A stretch of 64,000 nt of DNA from Takakia lepidozioides (Eukaryota; Plantae; Bryophyta): the NCBI GenBank assembly GCA_030704615.1, contig CM060734.1, positions 57,598,001-57,662,000 on the forward strand, read 5' to 3'. Positions 11,657 through 24,400 of this stretch are shown here, in pieces. Under the pieces are notes generated by a model that was not told the origin of the DNA, searched no databases, and was given only the letters and a program-made list of their open reading frames with translations. Numbering within the stretch: the stretch's first letter is position 1; every line of letters begins with the position of its first letter. A program made the translations under genes and the position numbers.

Positions 11657-14026
11657 AGCACCCTTGAGTGCCCAAGGAAGCAAACAGATGACATTTGGGG
11701 GTATGTCCAGGCTTTCAATGTGCTGTTGCTCGAAGTCGCGGACATGGCAGAACCAGAAATGGTCTTCAACTTTGTGGCGGGACTGGCCCCGTGGGCCAGG
11801 CGGAAGTTGGAGGAGAAGCCACCCAAGACTTTGAATGAGGCAATTGAGAGGGCTGAATGTTTCTCGGATGTCCCTAGGGGTGAAAGACAAGGCCGTACGG
11901 AGCTGAACCACAAGAAGATTCGGCGGGAAGGTGACTCCTTCCGACCGGAAAAGAAGTGGGATAGGCCACGCGGCGAAAATGGCACGTGGAAATCAAAGGG
12001 AGGGCCTTCACACGTCAAGGCGGCACCCGGTGCTCCGAAAGGAAAAGCGGGTGGAGCGGCTTATGGCGGACAGAAGGCGACCTTTGATGGAGTGTGTTTC
12101 AATTGCGGGGAGCCCGGGCACATGGCCAAGAAGTGCACGAAGCCCCGGCAATTGAACATGACTCGGGCGACCACGGAGCTGTCGGAAGATACCATCAGTT
12201 GCTTGGTGGAAGCGGTGGTCGCCAGGACTTGCAAGGTAGGCAAATTTTCTTGTGAGTTGTATCAGGAAACTGGCGCCTTACGAAAAGGGAGTCAGTTATT
12301 GTTCGTGGATGGGATAATATCTGGAACTAATGTGTCGTTGTTGATGGACACAGGAGCGTCGCACTCCTTCATGACACCGGCAACGGCACAAAAGCTGGGA
12401 CTCCCGACAAGTGACGTGGGGGCCTCTATTGAGGTGCGTTCTGCCAAAGGAGAACCACAGTTGGCGACAAGGTTGGCGATTGATGTTCCTCTTCAACTGG
12501 GGAGTTGGGAGGGACGTGAGAACTTCACCATCTGCGAGATCGATGGAGTAGATCTCATTTTAGGGATGACCTTTTTGAGCAAATCCGGAGCGGTCATAGA
12601 TGGCCGCAAGAGAGTAGTCACGCTGCCATGTGGGAATGGTGGCGAGGTCTTACAAGTGTCGGAAACGCCCAAATCCGTGGGAGGGCGAATAAACCTTTTG
12701 TCAGCAAGGGAGTGGGCCGTGGAGGAGGCACACGAACCCCAGTTCTTGCTTTACATTAGAGAAGTGAAGGGAGAAGGCGATGGGGAGCCGAGCCCAGATT
12801 GGATCAAGGGGATTTTGGAAAAATACCAGGATGTGATGCCGGAGGATTTACCAAGCGGCTTGCCACCGCGAAGAGGAGTTGACCACAAGATTGAGGTGAT
12901 ACCGGGATCGGAACCGCCTGCCAAGGCGCCCTACCGGTTGAGCCACAGAGAGTTGGTCGAGCTGAAGACTCAGCTCAAGGATCTAATGTCAAAGGGGTAC
13001 ATCCGGCCGAGTAAGTCACCTTACGGAGCCCCGGTGCTATTTGCAGACAAGAAGGATGGGACGCTGCGGATGTGTGTCGATTACAGGGCTCTGAATAAGG
13101 TGACTATCAAAAACCGGTACCCTTTGCCAAGGATCGACGACCTCTTCGATCGGTTGGCAGGAGCGAAGTATTTCAGCCGGATCGACTTGCGCTCCGGCTA
13201 TCACCAAATTCGGGTGGCGGAAGGAGATGAGGAGAAGACCGCGTGCAGGACAAGGTATGGTTCATATGAGTTCTTGGTGATGCCTTTTGGGCTCACCAAT
13301 GCACCAGCAACATTTAGCACGCTGATGAATAGCCTTTTCCAGGAGTGGTTGGATGACTTTGTGATCGTGTACATCGACGACATCTTGGTGTACTCGAAAA
13401 CAAAGGAGGAGCACCTGGAGCACCTCAAAAGGGTGTTCCGAAAATTGCGAGAAGGGAAGCTGTATGCCAAAGCTTCAAAGTGCAAATTCGGGGTCACAAA
13501 AGTGGAGTTCCTAGGGCATGTGATTACACAGGATGGGATCAAAATGGATGACAGAAAGGTGAGGGCGATCTTGGACTGGGAGCCTCCGACTTCGGTCCCG
13601 GGAGTGCGATCCTTCCTAGGACTCGCCTCCTATTACCGGAAGTATGTGAGAAATTTCGCCAAGATCGCGGGGCCGCTGTCGGACCTTCTGTGTAAATCCA
13701 AAGTCTGGGTATGGAACACATTTTGTGGCCAAGCTTTTGCTGAATTGAAGCAGCGGATGACGGAAGCTCCAGTCTTGAAAATCCCGGAGTTCGATCGTCC
13801 GTTTGAGATTCATACAGATGCATCGGACTTCGCGATTGGGGGTGTTCTTATGCAAGATGGACGTCCAGTGGCTTACGAAAGTAAGAAACTAAATGAAGTG
13901 GAGCGACGGTGGCCGACGCACGAAAAAGAGATGAAGGCGGTGGTGCATTGCCTTGAGCTCTGGCGCCACTATGTTGGTTCCAACCCAGTGAAGGTGTTCA
14001 CGAACAATGTCACGGTGAAGTATTAG
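11657..14026 (+). mobile_element. Ty3/gypsy LTR-retrotransposon internal fragment (partial gag, protease, RT, partial RNase H)
   Basis: CCHC knuckle [14 protein letters not shown], protease [12 protein letters not shown] motifs [10 protein letters not shown] and VYIDDILVY, RNase [11 protein letters not shown]. It stops inside RNase H; no integrase or LTRs seen. Confidence 0.93.
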
Positions 14027-14082
14027 AATATAATTTGTTAACAGGGGTTAGTCCCCTCCGAAAGAATACATGCACGACGAGA

Positions 14083-15250
14083 ATGTCACCATGGATCTCT
14101 TTGCCCTTTTCCAGGGCTGCCAGGCTCGCGCATGCATTGCAAACACAAGCAAACATGACCCGGTCTGGCTTCACCTCTTCCAGCATCATTTGCTCATATA
14201 TCTCCAAAGCCTCCATCCTACACCCATTCTGAGCATAGCCTGTGATCATCACACTCCAGGACACCACATTTCGCTCAGCCATATTGTCGAACACTCCCTT
14301 TGCATCCTTCATGCTGCCACCTTTGGCATACATGTGCACGAGGGCAGTATTAAAAATGACATCTGGTACAATTCCCGCTTTGATGATGTCACCATGGACC
14401 TCTTTGCCCTTTTCAAGGGCTGCCACACTTGCACACGCATTGCAAACGCAAATGAACGTTACCCGGTTGGGCTTCACCCCTTCCCGAATCATTTGCTCAT
14501 ACATCTCCAAAGCCTGCATCCCACACCCATGCTGGGCATAACCTGCGATCATCGTACTCCAGGACACCACATTTCGTTCAGCCATATCGTCAAACACTTG
14601 CTTTGCATTCTTGATGCTCCCACTTTTGGCATACATGTCCACCAGGGTATGTTCAGAATGACATCTGGTATAATTCCCGCTTTGATGATGTCACCATGGA
14701 CCTCTTTGCCCTTTTCCAGCGCTGCCAGGCTTGCACATGCATTGCAAACGCAAACAAACGTGACCCGGTTGGGCTTCACCCCTTCCCGCATCATTAGCTC
14801 ATATGTTTCCAAAGCATTCCTGCCACACCCATGTTTGGTAAATCCTGCCATCATTATATTCCACGTGATTACAGCTCGTTCAGGCATTCTACTGAACACT
14901 TGGTGAGCATCCACGATGCTCCCGCACTTAACATACATGTTGACAAGGGTGCTGTGTAGAAAAACGTTTGGCTTGAATCCACTTTGGATAATGTGAGCAT
15001 GCACCTGCTTTCCAGCGTTCAAGTCTTTCATCTTGATGCACTTATGCAAGAGACAAACATAAGTATCTGAATCTGCTGCAATGCCTCCTTGGTCTAAAGT
15101 CTGTAGAGCCACTTGCAGTCGCCCTGCCTCACATAGCATCCTCACATGCCCAGAAGTGCCAGAAGAGGCATTGTGGACTCCCTCTCTTGGTCCTCTTTCA
15201 GAAGCTGTGGTCACGGTCGAGGTGCTTGAATTTATCAACTGTACAACCAT
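14083..15250 (-). pseudogene. PLS-class PPR pseudogene, 3'-truncated; close paralog of the gene at 62095-64000
   Basis: The N-terminus is nearly identical to the 62095 gene (GVHNASSGTSGHV.MLCEAGRL). There is a 1-nt frameshift at ~14650, and the repeats stop abruptly at ~14083 with no E or DYW domain. Confidence 0.88.
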
Positions 15251-16658
15251 TGCTGCTGCTTCCAGTTGACGCAGGTTTCTTATAGCTGTTCATCCACTGG
15301 GAATCATACGTAATATTGTGCATGAAATCCGGCCCTCTTGGATGAATCTGGACCCACACTCTATCCTTGATCCTTCAGCTATCCCTGCCTCTGCACCAAT
15401 CATGTACAGATCCTCACCTTGCTGCTATCAGCTGACAATGCCAGCCTAGATTTGGTCTAGCAAACACCCCAACCCTACTCATCACAAACTACTTCAATGC
15501 TGCATTCCTCCCAAGACATTAAGAATGTGCTTGGGAGAGAGAGGACGACAATTTCCAAGAAAGCTTTGCGATGCATCTTGTTGTCTGCTTCTCTCTGTAA
15601 TCTAACAGGCATTCACCTTTTGGCCTTGATTATCCCACCATTCATTGGGGCCTGAACAATATTCCTTCCAAAGCTTCTCCTCAACTCTGTTATCTGTTTT
15701 TGGATACTTTCCTGTAGCCACATGCAAGGTAACATGTCAAAATCACTCCAAGCCACCACAGGTCCACCCAACGAGCTAACTTGCACAATTCAACATTGAA
15801 AATTAGGGACGACTATGAAGAGGGCAAAATAGGCTGAAATGTGTGGAAGGTGCCCTCACCACACTGTCCTTGACTTTGTATCATGAAAGCATCTAGCTTT
15901 TCTTTCACCCACGGAGGATTCAGCCGACCATCAATCCAAAAGGACCTCTTGTGTGTGCTGCTTGTGTCTATGGTTTGGTGACCTCGGATAGGTCTGTGAG
16001 AACAACCACAATGCAGCTGAGCAGCCATAGACTTAAACATGGACAACCCTCTCAAGTACCTTGTTAACACCAGGAGAAATACCAAATCATGATACTGACT
16101 AGAAGAGCCCACAATTTCAGAAGTACATTCGTTTTCTGCTCAATTACGCAAAAGACAATTCCCAGCCTGGATCCGATGGCGCATACATACAACACATCGA
16201 CCCCAAAAAACGAAACCACCAAATGTTTCGTGTTATTACCTAATTTGAATGGCATTCCTGAAGGCGCCATAGCAACCATAGGAAAGGGACTCCGTAGTCT
16301 GCGCATTGCCAAGGAGGATGCCGATCAGCCTTCCAACTTTGTTTATCCCAAAACAACACACAAATCCCTCCCTTCCTGCTCCATCAGTTGGGATGCATGT
16401 TCAGGTTTCAACGATCGGGGTCCATCGTTGGGGCTTCTGCATTTTAAGCTACTTAGCGGATGGGTCGTGCGATTCCATCCGCCCATGTGTGTGGTGCCAC
16501 ATCCTTGGGTCCCACACGGCTCATCCGCTAACCGGATGATGCATCCCCTGCACACGGCCTAAACGACTGCGCCACCGCCAGCAATTCTTCCCAGAGAGCG
16601 AAGAGAGGAGAGAGAAGAAGGTTGCTTGGAGCACACTGAGCAATTGGCGAGGTGGGGG

Positions 16659-19600
16659 ATGGTGCTGGGCGTGCAGGAGCAACTGGGCAGCAGCATGACA
16701 GCACAGGCGCGCCTGGCGCGTATTGCGTCTCATATGCGAGCTGCAGAGGAGGTTGTGTCTGCTGCTGCCTTGTGAGCATGTGTAGAATTGATTGTGAGAG
16801 TGAAGGGTGTCGGTGGAGAGAGGGTGGATTGCGGACTGATTGTGGTCTATGCGGATGGCTACAAGGGCAGGACATGGTGGGGATCCAGAGGGAGGCGGCC
16901 CGGGCTCGTGGGGCAACGCCAGGATTCAAGGTAGCTGTGCTTGGCGCTGCGGGTGGCATTGGCCAGCCGTTATGCCTGCTGCTGAAGATGAATCCGTTGG
17001 TGTCTACCCTTCACTTGTATGATGTCTTCAACACTCCGGGCGTAACCGCTGACTTGAGCCACACCAACACCTCTACTGTGGTGCGCTTCTCTATTTCTCC
17101 AAGGCCATAGCATCATGATTACATTCATGTTGATGAAGTGCTTCATTAGATCAGTGGGAATTGCGGAGTAACAAGGGTGCGCAGTGTTTATGAAACAAGG
17201 TGCGAGGCTTCTTAGGCAACGATCAGTTGGCAGCAGCGTTGGAGGGGATGGATTTGGTTATAATTCCTGCCGGGGTTCCCAGGAAGCCGGGCATGACTCG
17301 TGACGACTTGTTCAAAATTAATGCTGGGATTGTGCGCATACTCATTGAAGGTGTTGCCAAGAACTGTCCCCGCGCAATCGTCAACATCATCAGCAACCCC
17401 GTCAACTCCACTGTGCCAATTGCAGCAGAGGTGCTAAAGCTGGCTGGCGTTTATGATCCAAAGCGGCTTTTGGGTGTCACTACTTTGGACGTTGTCCGAG
17501 CCAACACTTTCGTGGTGAGTAAACTGCGTGTTTTTGCATTGTCCTGCACCCCGAAGTGCCTGCGTCCTTCATCTACAGCACTTCACTCGTTTGATGTACG
17601 ATGAAAACCAACGTGTAGAACTAATCACAAGGGCATAGCATACCTCTATGCTGGCGGCCTGTGGGAATCCTGAGAGCATGTTATGGGTGGCATTCTTGGC
17701 AGAGCCAATGCTTCACCATTGGGCAAAGGTGGTGTCACTTGTGACCTGTGGTAAGAAACTGCGGACTATTATTGTCATCAGCCTAGGTTGAAAGACTTCA
17801 AGACACAAGCTTTCTCAAGCACATTTCCACCTGCTCTCACTCACCTGGCATTTGGTGTCTGGGTGATTTCTTCTTAGCATATTTAGGTTGAGGGCTGTAG
17901 TTTGGTAAAATTGTCTAGATGGTTACTCCCCTCACAAGGGGTAATTGAACTACAGCAGAGAGTTCACCACTATCAGATGGAGGCGACTCCTTCCAGTATC
18001 TGACGACAGTTTGACAGGGTTCCTGAGATGTGGACATGTTATAATCGGTGAGGCCAACTCTAGTGTAGACAAATGGAATTGGACTACAAGCTGTATGGAT
18101 TCCACTGGAACACTCTAGTCAAGCAACTACTAGTGTAAAGAGGCCATCAGCTACCTCTTGTCTGAACCTCTTGTCTTCTTGGGTTTTTTCCCTCAATGAG
18201 AGCCTTTTTCTCGTGTCCAAAGAACAAGCTTTCTGACATGATTTCTAGTCCAATGTACAGTTTCAGGCCCTAATGAATGCTTCTCTCTGAGTTTTGTGCA
18301 GGCGGAGGTGATTGGTGTGGATCCAAAGGTCGTTGATGTGCCAGTGGTAGGAGGGCATGCTGGCATAACTATTCTTCCAATTCTTTCTCAGGTTGGTCAG
18401 TCTTTGCTGTGTTGTCATTGTTCAGACATTTGCTTGTCTGCAGACCTTCAAGATTGTTCTTTGCTCATATTATCCTGATGACTTTATACACATGTCAACT
18501 TGTACTATATATGTATGCTGCTGGGGGAGGTGGAAGTGTTTGTGGTCCCTTTGGCCTTGTCTTACAGGGCTGACTAGTTTACATTTGATGCCAGGTAACA
18601 CCTCAATTTTCATTCACCAAAGCGGAGGTTGAATTTTTGACGAATCGGATCCAGCAGGGAGGCACAGAAGTGGTTGAGGTAGGCTGCTCTTGTTGATCAA
18701 ACTTTGACCCCCAAGACTCTAGCTGCAAGTGTATATGACAGTCTGTGCTGGTGAAAGCTGAAGTGCCTTGTTCTTGTTTGCTATGTGAGTGTACCAGGAA
18801 ATTTATCTGCGCAGTCAGAAGAGGTTTCCCTTGGTACTCCTTTTTCATTTTTCTTAGTGCTCATCAATATCACTGGGAGCCAAGACTATTTACATTTTTC
18901 AAAGTGACTTATAAGATGCCTTGACGTTTGTGCAGGCAAAGGCAGGGACAGGCTCTGCCACACTATCAATGGTGGGTACTTGACTGGCTATGTTACGTAC
19001 CGAATTGAGGACTTCTATTCCAGATGATATGATGCCCACAAATGTTTAGTTGTTGCTATAGTGATCCAGGGTGGTCTGTTTACATGTGAGAGATGGTTGC
19101 ACCTTACTGATATTGCTTTTGTTTGGGTGTCAGGCATATGCTGCTGCTAAGTTTGCAGAGTCCTGCCTTCGCGCTTTACAAGGGGAAGCTGGCATAGTGG
19201 AGTGTGCATTTGTTTCATCCCAGGTAGGACTGATTGTTGTTGGTACACTTCTTCCATTCACTCAATAGATAGTCATTTAGATCTGAACGTCATAATAAAC
19301 TGACTTTGAAACTTGTATTAGATGGTGGAAACTAACATACTACACATCTGATTTTCTCTCATGCACTAAAGGGAGAATTTTGGACCATTGTATACACACA
19401 ATCTTCCCTAATACATGTGGGTCCTTGAACAGGTGACAGAGTTACCTTTTTTCGCCACAAAGGTGAGACTTGGTCGCTCTGGAGTGGAGGAGATTTTTCC
19501 TTTGGGTCCTTTGAACAACTATGAAAGGTCAGTAATGCTGTTTGGCAATTGTTTTTGTCCAACCTTGATGCATTGTCTTATCTGGCTACACAAAGTCCAA

Positions 19601-19773
19601 CCGACATAGTTTTCCTGGGTTACTGTGAAGGTTTTGTGCAGTTTTACAACATTTCGACTGACCTCACTTGGCCATTGTTCTTTTGCAGGGAAGGGCTGGA
19701 GAAGTTGAAATTGGAACTGCGCGACAGTATTGATAAAGGCATCAGTTTTGTACAAAAATCAAAGTCTTCATAG
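16659..19773 (+). CDS. PMDH: Peroxisomal/glyoxysomal NAD-malate dehydrogenase
   Basis: Approximate exons: 16659 (or 16695)-16751, 16871-17080, 17200-17514, 18302-18391, 18595-18678, 18936-18971, 19134-19223, 19433-19528, 19689-19773, with GT-AG introns. Motifs [34 protein letters not shown] and PTS2-like RLARIASHM. Confidence 0.93.
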
Positions 19774-20158
19774 TGTGCCAAAAAAAATTATGGATGGCAG
19801 CCATGCCTGTAAAGTATGGCTATGTTCATCAGCATGTGGGGAATTTGACGTGTCGACTAGAGGGTTTGGCTAGTGGTGGATGTCAGTGTAATTTGATGGC
19901 TCAAGTTATCGTAGTCAACAGGCAGATTAAAAATTTCTGATTACAACAGCCAAGCTTTGGAATCTGATGTTTGGCTGGAAATCCTCAAATGGTCCCAGTA
20001 CTGAGGTCCATCTCAGGATTAAGATTCACTACAGATGCAAACAGTGGCATCAATGTATTGTGAATTGTGAATTGTTATGGCAGGGAGTGTTGGCTAGCAT
20101 CCCACAGCTGTAGTGTGCAGCCGAGTGTCACTCTTTTAGCGTCTCTCTCTGTTAGTCA

Positions 20159-20756
20159 GCCATGTCTGTTGCCATGAGATTGTCTGATGAAAATGAAGTT
20201 AGGCAGAAAACTTCCCTGAACTTGTTTCCAGTCAGTGACATGGGGGAGGACATCTTGGATGACCTCAGGGGTCTACCCACTCTCGGCACTAGACTGAAAT
20301 TTAAACTCAGGGCAGGAAGCCTACCTTTGAACAGCAAACAGAAGCAGAGAGGAAAGGGAGAGTGCAATTGCCCGTTGTGTGGGCAATCTGAAGACAGTAT
20401 TCATTTTCTGATACACTGTCCGGGGTTCTCTCACCAAAGAGACGCTCTCTTCAAATCTATCAAGGGAATTGTGCCTGTACCCTTGTTTACCAACTTTGAA
20501 AGTCTCCAGGCTGAGCCAAAAGCCCAGGCCCTCCTGAGGCCTAGTTTTTGGGCAAATCACACACAGCAGATTGATGCTTGTGTGAAGGGATTTCTAGAGG
20601 ATATCTGGAAAACCCGGATTTATTTTATATGAAGGTAAGTCTTACTACCAACATCAGCCCCTGACAGAGGTAGGTTCTGTCCCTTTTGTTCCCGCGCAAA
20701 CTGGGCGCGGGGTCAATGGCCACAAGGCTACGGCAAACAACGTCTTATGAGTACAA
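20159..20756 (+). mobile_element. 5'-truncated LINE, copy 1, with 15-bp target-site duplication
   Basis: C-terminal zinc finger CPLCGQSEDSIHFLIHC, then a 3'UTR ending TTATGAGTAC. TSD TCTCTCTGTTAGTCA at 20144-20158 and 20757-20771. Confidence 0.88.
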
Positions 20757-21445
20757 TCTCTCTGTTAGTCACAAGGCAGCTTGCAACAAAAGTATTCTTC
20801 ACAGCCAAGAACCTAAAGCATAGTAAGAATGCTCTGCACAACTGAACAAACGAGTAAACAAAAGCCATGTAGAAAACATCCAAGGTGACCCATCTTTTGG
20901 CTGGCACGCTTCTTAAGAGAAGGATAAGGATATCACAAGTTTCTCTCACAGTCATCTCTGCGTTTTCTGTTGTCGCACAACTTAATCCCCCAAACGTGTC
21001 ATTCTCTATCCAATTTATGCAAGCCACACTCTTTGCATGTGTAGACAAGATTAATTTGCTGCTGAATACCTAGTTTCCAAGTGTTTCTGCATTCACCGCT
21101 TACAGTTCAAGCTCTAACTTAAGTGATTAGCGGGAGTTTGATACCCCATCACATCGCTTGTCACGTTAAGTGCAGGGTGCAGATGCTGCATAAGACAAGT
21201 CTCCTCCGTTGCCATGGCGGATCTGATGCCCACTTCCTCCCCCTTGTCCATGCAGGGAGGGAGGTCCATTCTCAGCTCTAGTGAATGGAAGTGTGTCATT
21301 TGTGAATATGTTTCCTCTGGAGACAGAGGGACCGTTTGCTGTGACTCAAGGGACCTGAGTCGGGTCCAGTGGAGTCTTTCAGGTGCAGTAGAGCGGATAT
21401 AACCAGGTTGAGGATAGCTTCAAACCTGATCACTGGAAAGCAACA

Positions 21446-24400
21446 GTGCATATTGCGAAAATCCGAGGAGGAGCAGCCATGGTAAAAGTCCGAGAGGGAG
21501 CAGCCATGGCAGCGAGTACGATAGGTATGGCATTGTCCCGCAGCACCTCGGGCTGCCCTCACAAGCCTCCCCGATCCTACTCTTGCAAGTCCGGGGCTTT
21601 CCCAAGAGCTTCACAAAGGTGTCGAGTGTATACTCTGTCTGGGAGCTCTGTGCATTTTCCGAACCCCACTGCATTAGGATATGCTTCAAACAGTCTTAAT
21701 GCAATTGCAGAGCAGTGGCGATTCGTAGAGCAGGGCCACGTTCATGCACATGGGCATAAGGAAGGAGGCCACACATGTAAATGTCCAGAAAGCCAAATTG
21801 CAGACGCTGAGAACCTTTGTGACGAGTGTTTTGTAGACCCCAATCAATTGTGGGACAATACAGGCAGGAAGATGCATCCTAGAGAAGCAGATTTCAATCA
21901 CAAGAGTACCAATGAGGGACCACGGATTGATAGGTCTCAGAAACCTGCTCGGGTGGAGGCTGAATTGGAGAAACTCGATTCAGCTAGGGCCACATGTCCA
22001 AAAATTGTAACAACAGACGAGGAGAAGATTTGGAAGAAAGTTTTTTCAAACCCCTGTCAACTGTGGGAAAATCAAGGCAGAATATATCTTAAAGGACAAG
22101 AGATCAAGCACAATGGTTCCAACAACGGGCTATGGATTCTTGGCAACAAGAAACCTCTATGGGTAGGTGGTCAATTGAAAGCAGTGTCAGCAAAGTTGTG
22201 CGACTCAGGCACCCACGCCATAACGACCTCTTTTGAAAGATTTGGGGATGTGAGGACACTATGGAAGGCAGGACAACTGAAGGAGACTTGGCAGATTTTG
22301 AAGGAAGGAGGCGTTGTGGCAGACTCCAAAACTTATGTCTCTCTCTTGCAGCAGTGCATCAAAGTGAAAGGCCTAGCAGAGGGAAAGCAAGTGCATGCCC
22401 ATATTATCCAAAGTGGATTCAAACCAGACATCTTTCTACACAACACCCTCATCAACATGCATGCCAAGTGCGGGAGCATTGTGGATGCACGCCTAGTGTT
22501 TGACAAAATGCCTGAAAGAGGTTTGATCACGTGGAATATAATGATAGCAGGATATGCCAAGCACGGATACTGTAGGGAGGCCTTTGAAACCTATAAGCAA
22601 ATGATGCAGGAAGGGGTGAAGCCCAACAAGGTTACGTTTGCTTCCATATGCAATGCATGTGCCAGCCTGGATTCCCTGGAAAAGGGCAAGGAGGTCCATG
22701 CTCACATCATGAAAACTGGAACTGTACCAGATGTCATTCTGGACACTGCACTCATTAACATGTATGCCAAATGTGGGAGCATCAAGGATGCAAAAGGAGT
22801 GTTCGACAATATGGCGAGACGAGATGTGGTGTCATGGAATGCAATGATCACAGGGTATGCCCAGCATGGGTGTGGGATGGAGGCTTTAGAGACATATGAG
22901 CAAATGAAGCGGGAAGGGGTGGCCCCCAACCTGGTCACATTCATTTGTGTTCTCAAGGCCTGTGGCTTGGAAAAGGGGAAAGCGGTCCATGCTGACATCA
23001 TAAAAGCTGGAATTGTGCCAAATATCGTCTTAGACAATACCCTCGTGGATATGTATGCGAAATGTGGGAGCATCATGGATGCAAAGGTAGTGTTCGACAA
23101 TATGGCTGAACGAAATGTGGTGTCATGGAATGCGATGATCGGAGGATATGCCCAGCATGGGTGTGGGACGGAGGCCTTGGAGACCTATGAACAAATGATT
23201 CTGGAAGGGTTTAAGCCCAACCAGGTCACTTTCATTTGTGTTTGCAATGCGTGTGCTAGCCTTGCAGACCTGGAAAAGGCCAAAGAGGTCCATGCTGACA
23301 TTACGAAAACTGGAATTGTACCAGATATCGTTCTTCACAATTCCCTCATGAACATGTATGCCAAAAGTGGGAGCATTGATGATGCAAAGGTATTGTTTGA
23401 CAGTATAGCTAAACGAGATGTGGTTTCATGGAATGCTATGATTGCAGGATATGCCCAACATGGGTATGGGAAGGAGGCTTTGGAGGCATATGAGCAAATG
23501 TTACAGGAACGGGTCAAGCCCAACCAGGTCACGTTCGTTTGCATTTGCATTGCATGTGCGAGCTTAGCAGTCCTGCAGAAGTGCAAGGATGTCCACACGG
23601 ACATTATGAAAGCTGGAATTGTGCCAAATATTATCTTGGACACTACCCTTGTGGACATGTATGCCAAATGCGGGAGTGTCAAGGATGCAAGGAGACTGTT
23701 TGACAATATGGCTGAACGAGATGTGGTGTCCTGGAATGCAATGATCGCAGGATATGCCCAGCACGGGTGTGGGATGGAGGCTTTGGAGACCTACGAACAA
23801 ATGCTTCGTGAAGAGGTGGAGCCCAACCAGGCCACGTTTATCTCAGTTTGCAATGCATGTGCCAGCATGGCAGCCCTACAAAAGGGCAAAGAGGTTCATG
23901 CCAGCATAGTGAGAGCTGGAACTGTACCAAATATCAGTCTCGACAATACCCTGGTGGACATGTATGCCAAATGTGGGAGCATCCAGGATGCAAAGGGAGT
24001 CTTTGACAAAATGGCTGAACGAGATGTGGTCTCATGGAATGCAATGATCGCAGGATATGCCCAGCATGGCTGTCGTAGGGAGGCCCTGAAAGTGTTTGAA
24101 GGAATGCAAAAGGAAGGCTGGAAGCCGGACCATATCACCTTTGTATGTGTTCTCTCTGCATGTAGCCATGGGGGGCTAGTGGATGAAGGCAAACACTATT
24201 TTGATTCTCTGAGTCAAGATCATGGCCTGACCCCTACAGGTGAGCACTTTGGCTGCATCGTAGACCTTCTCGGTCGTGCAGGAAGACTGGATGAGGCAGA
24301 GGACTTTATCCACACAATGCCAATCAAATCAAACGTTAAGGTGTGGAAAGCCTTGCTTGGTGCGTGTAGGGTTCATGGCAATGTGGAGGTGGCAGAACGT

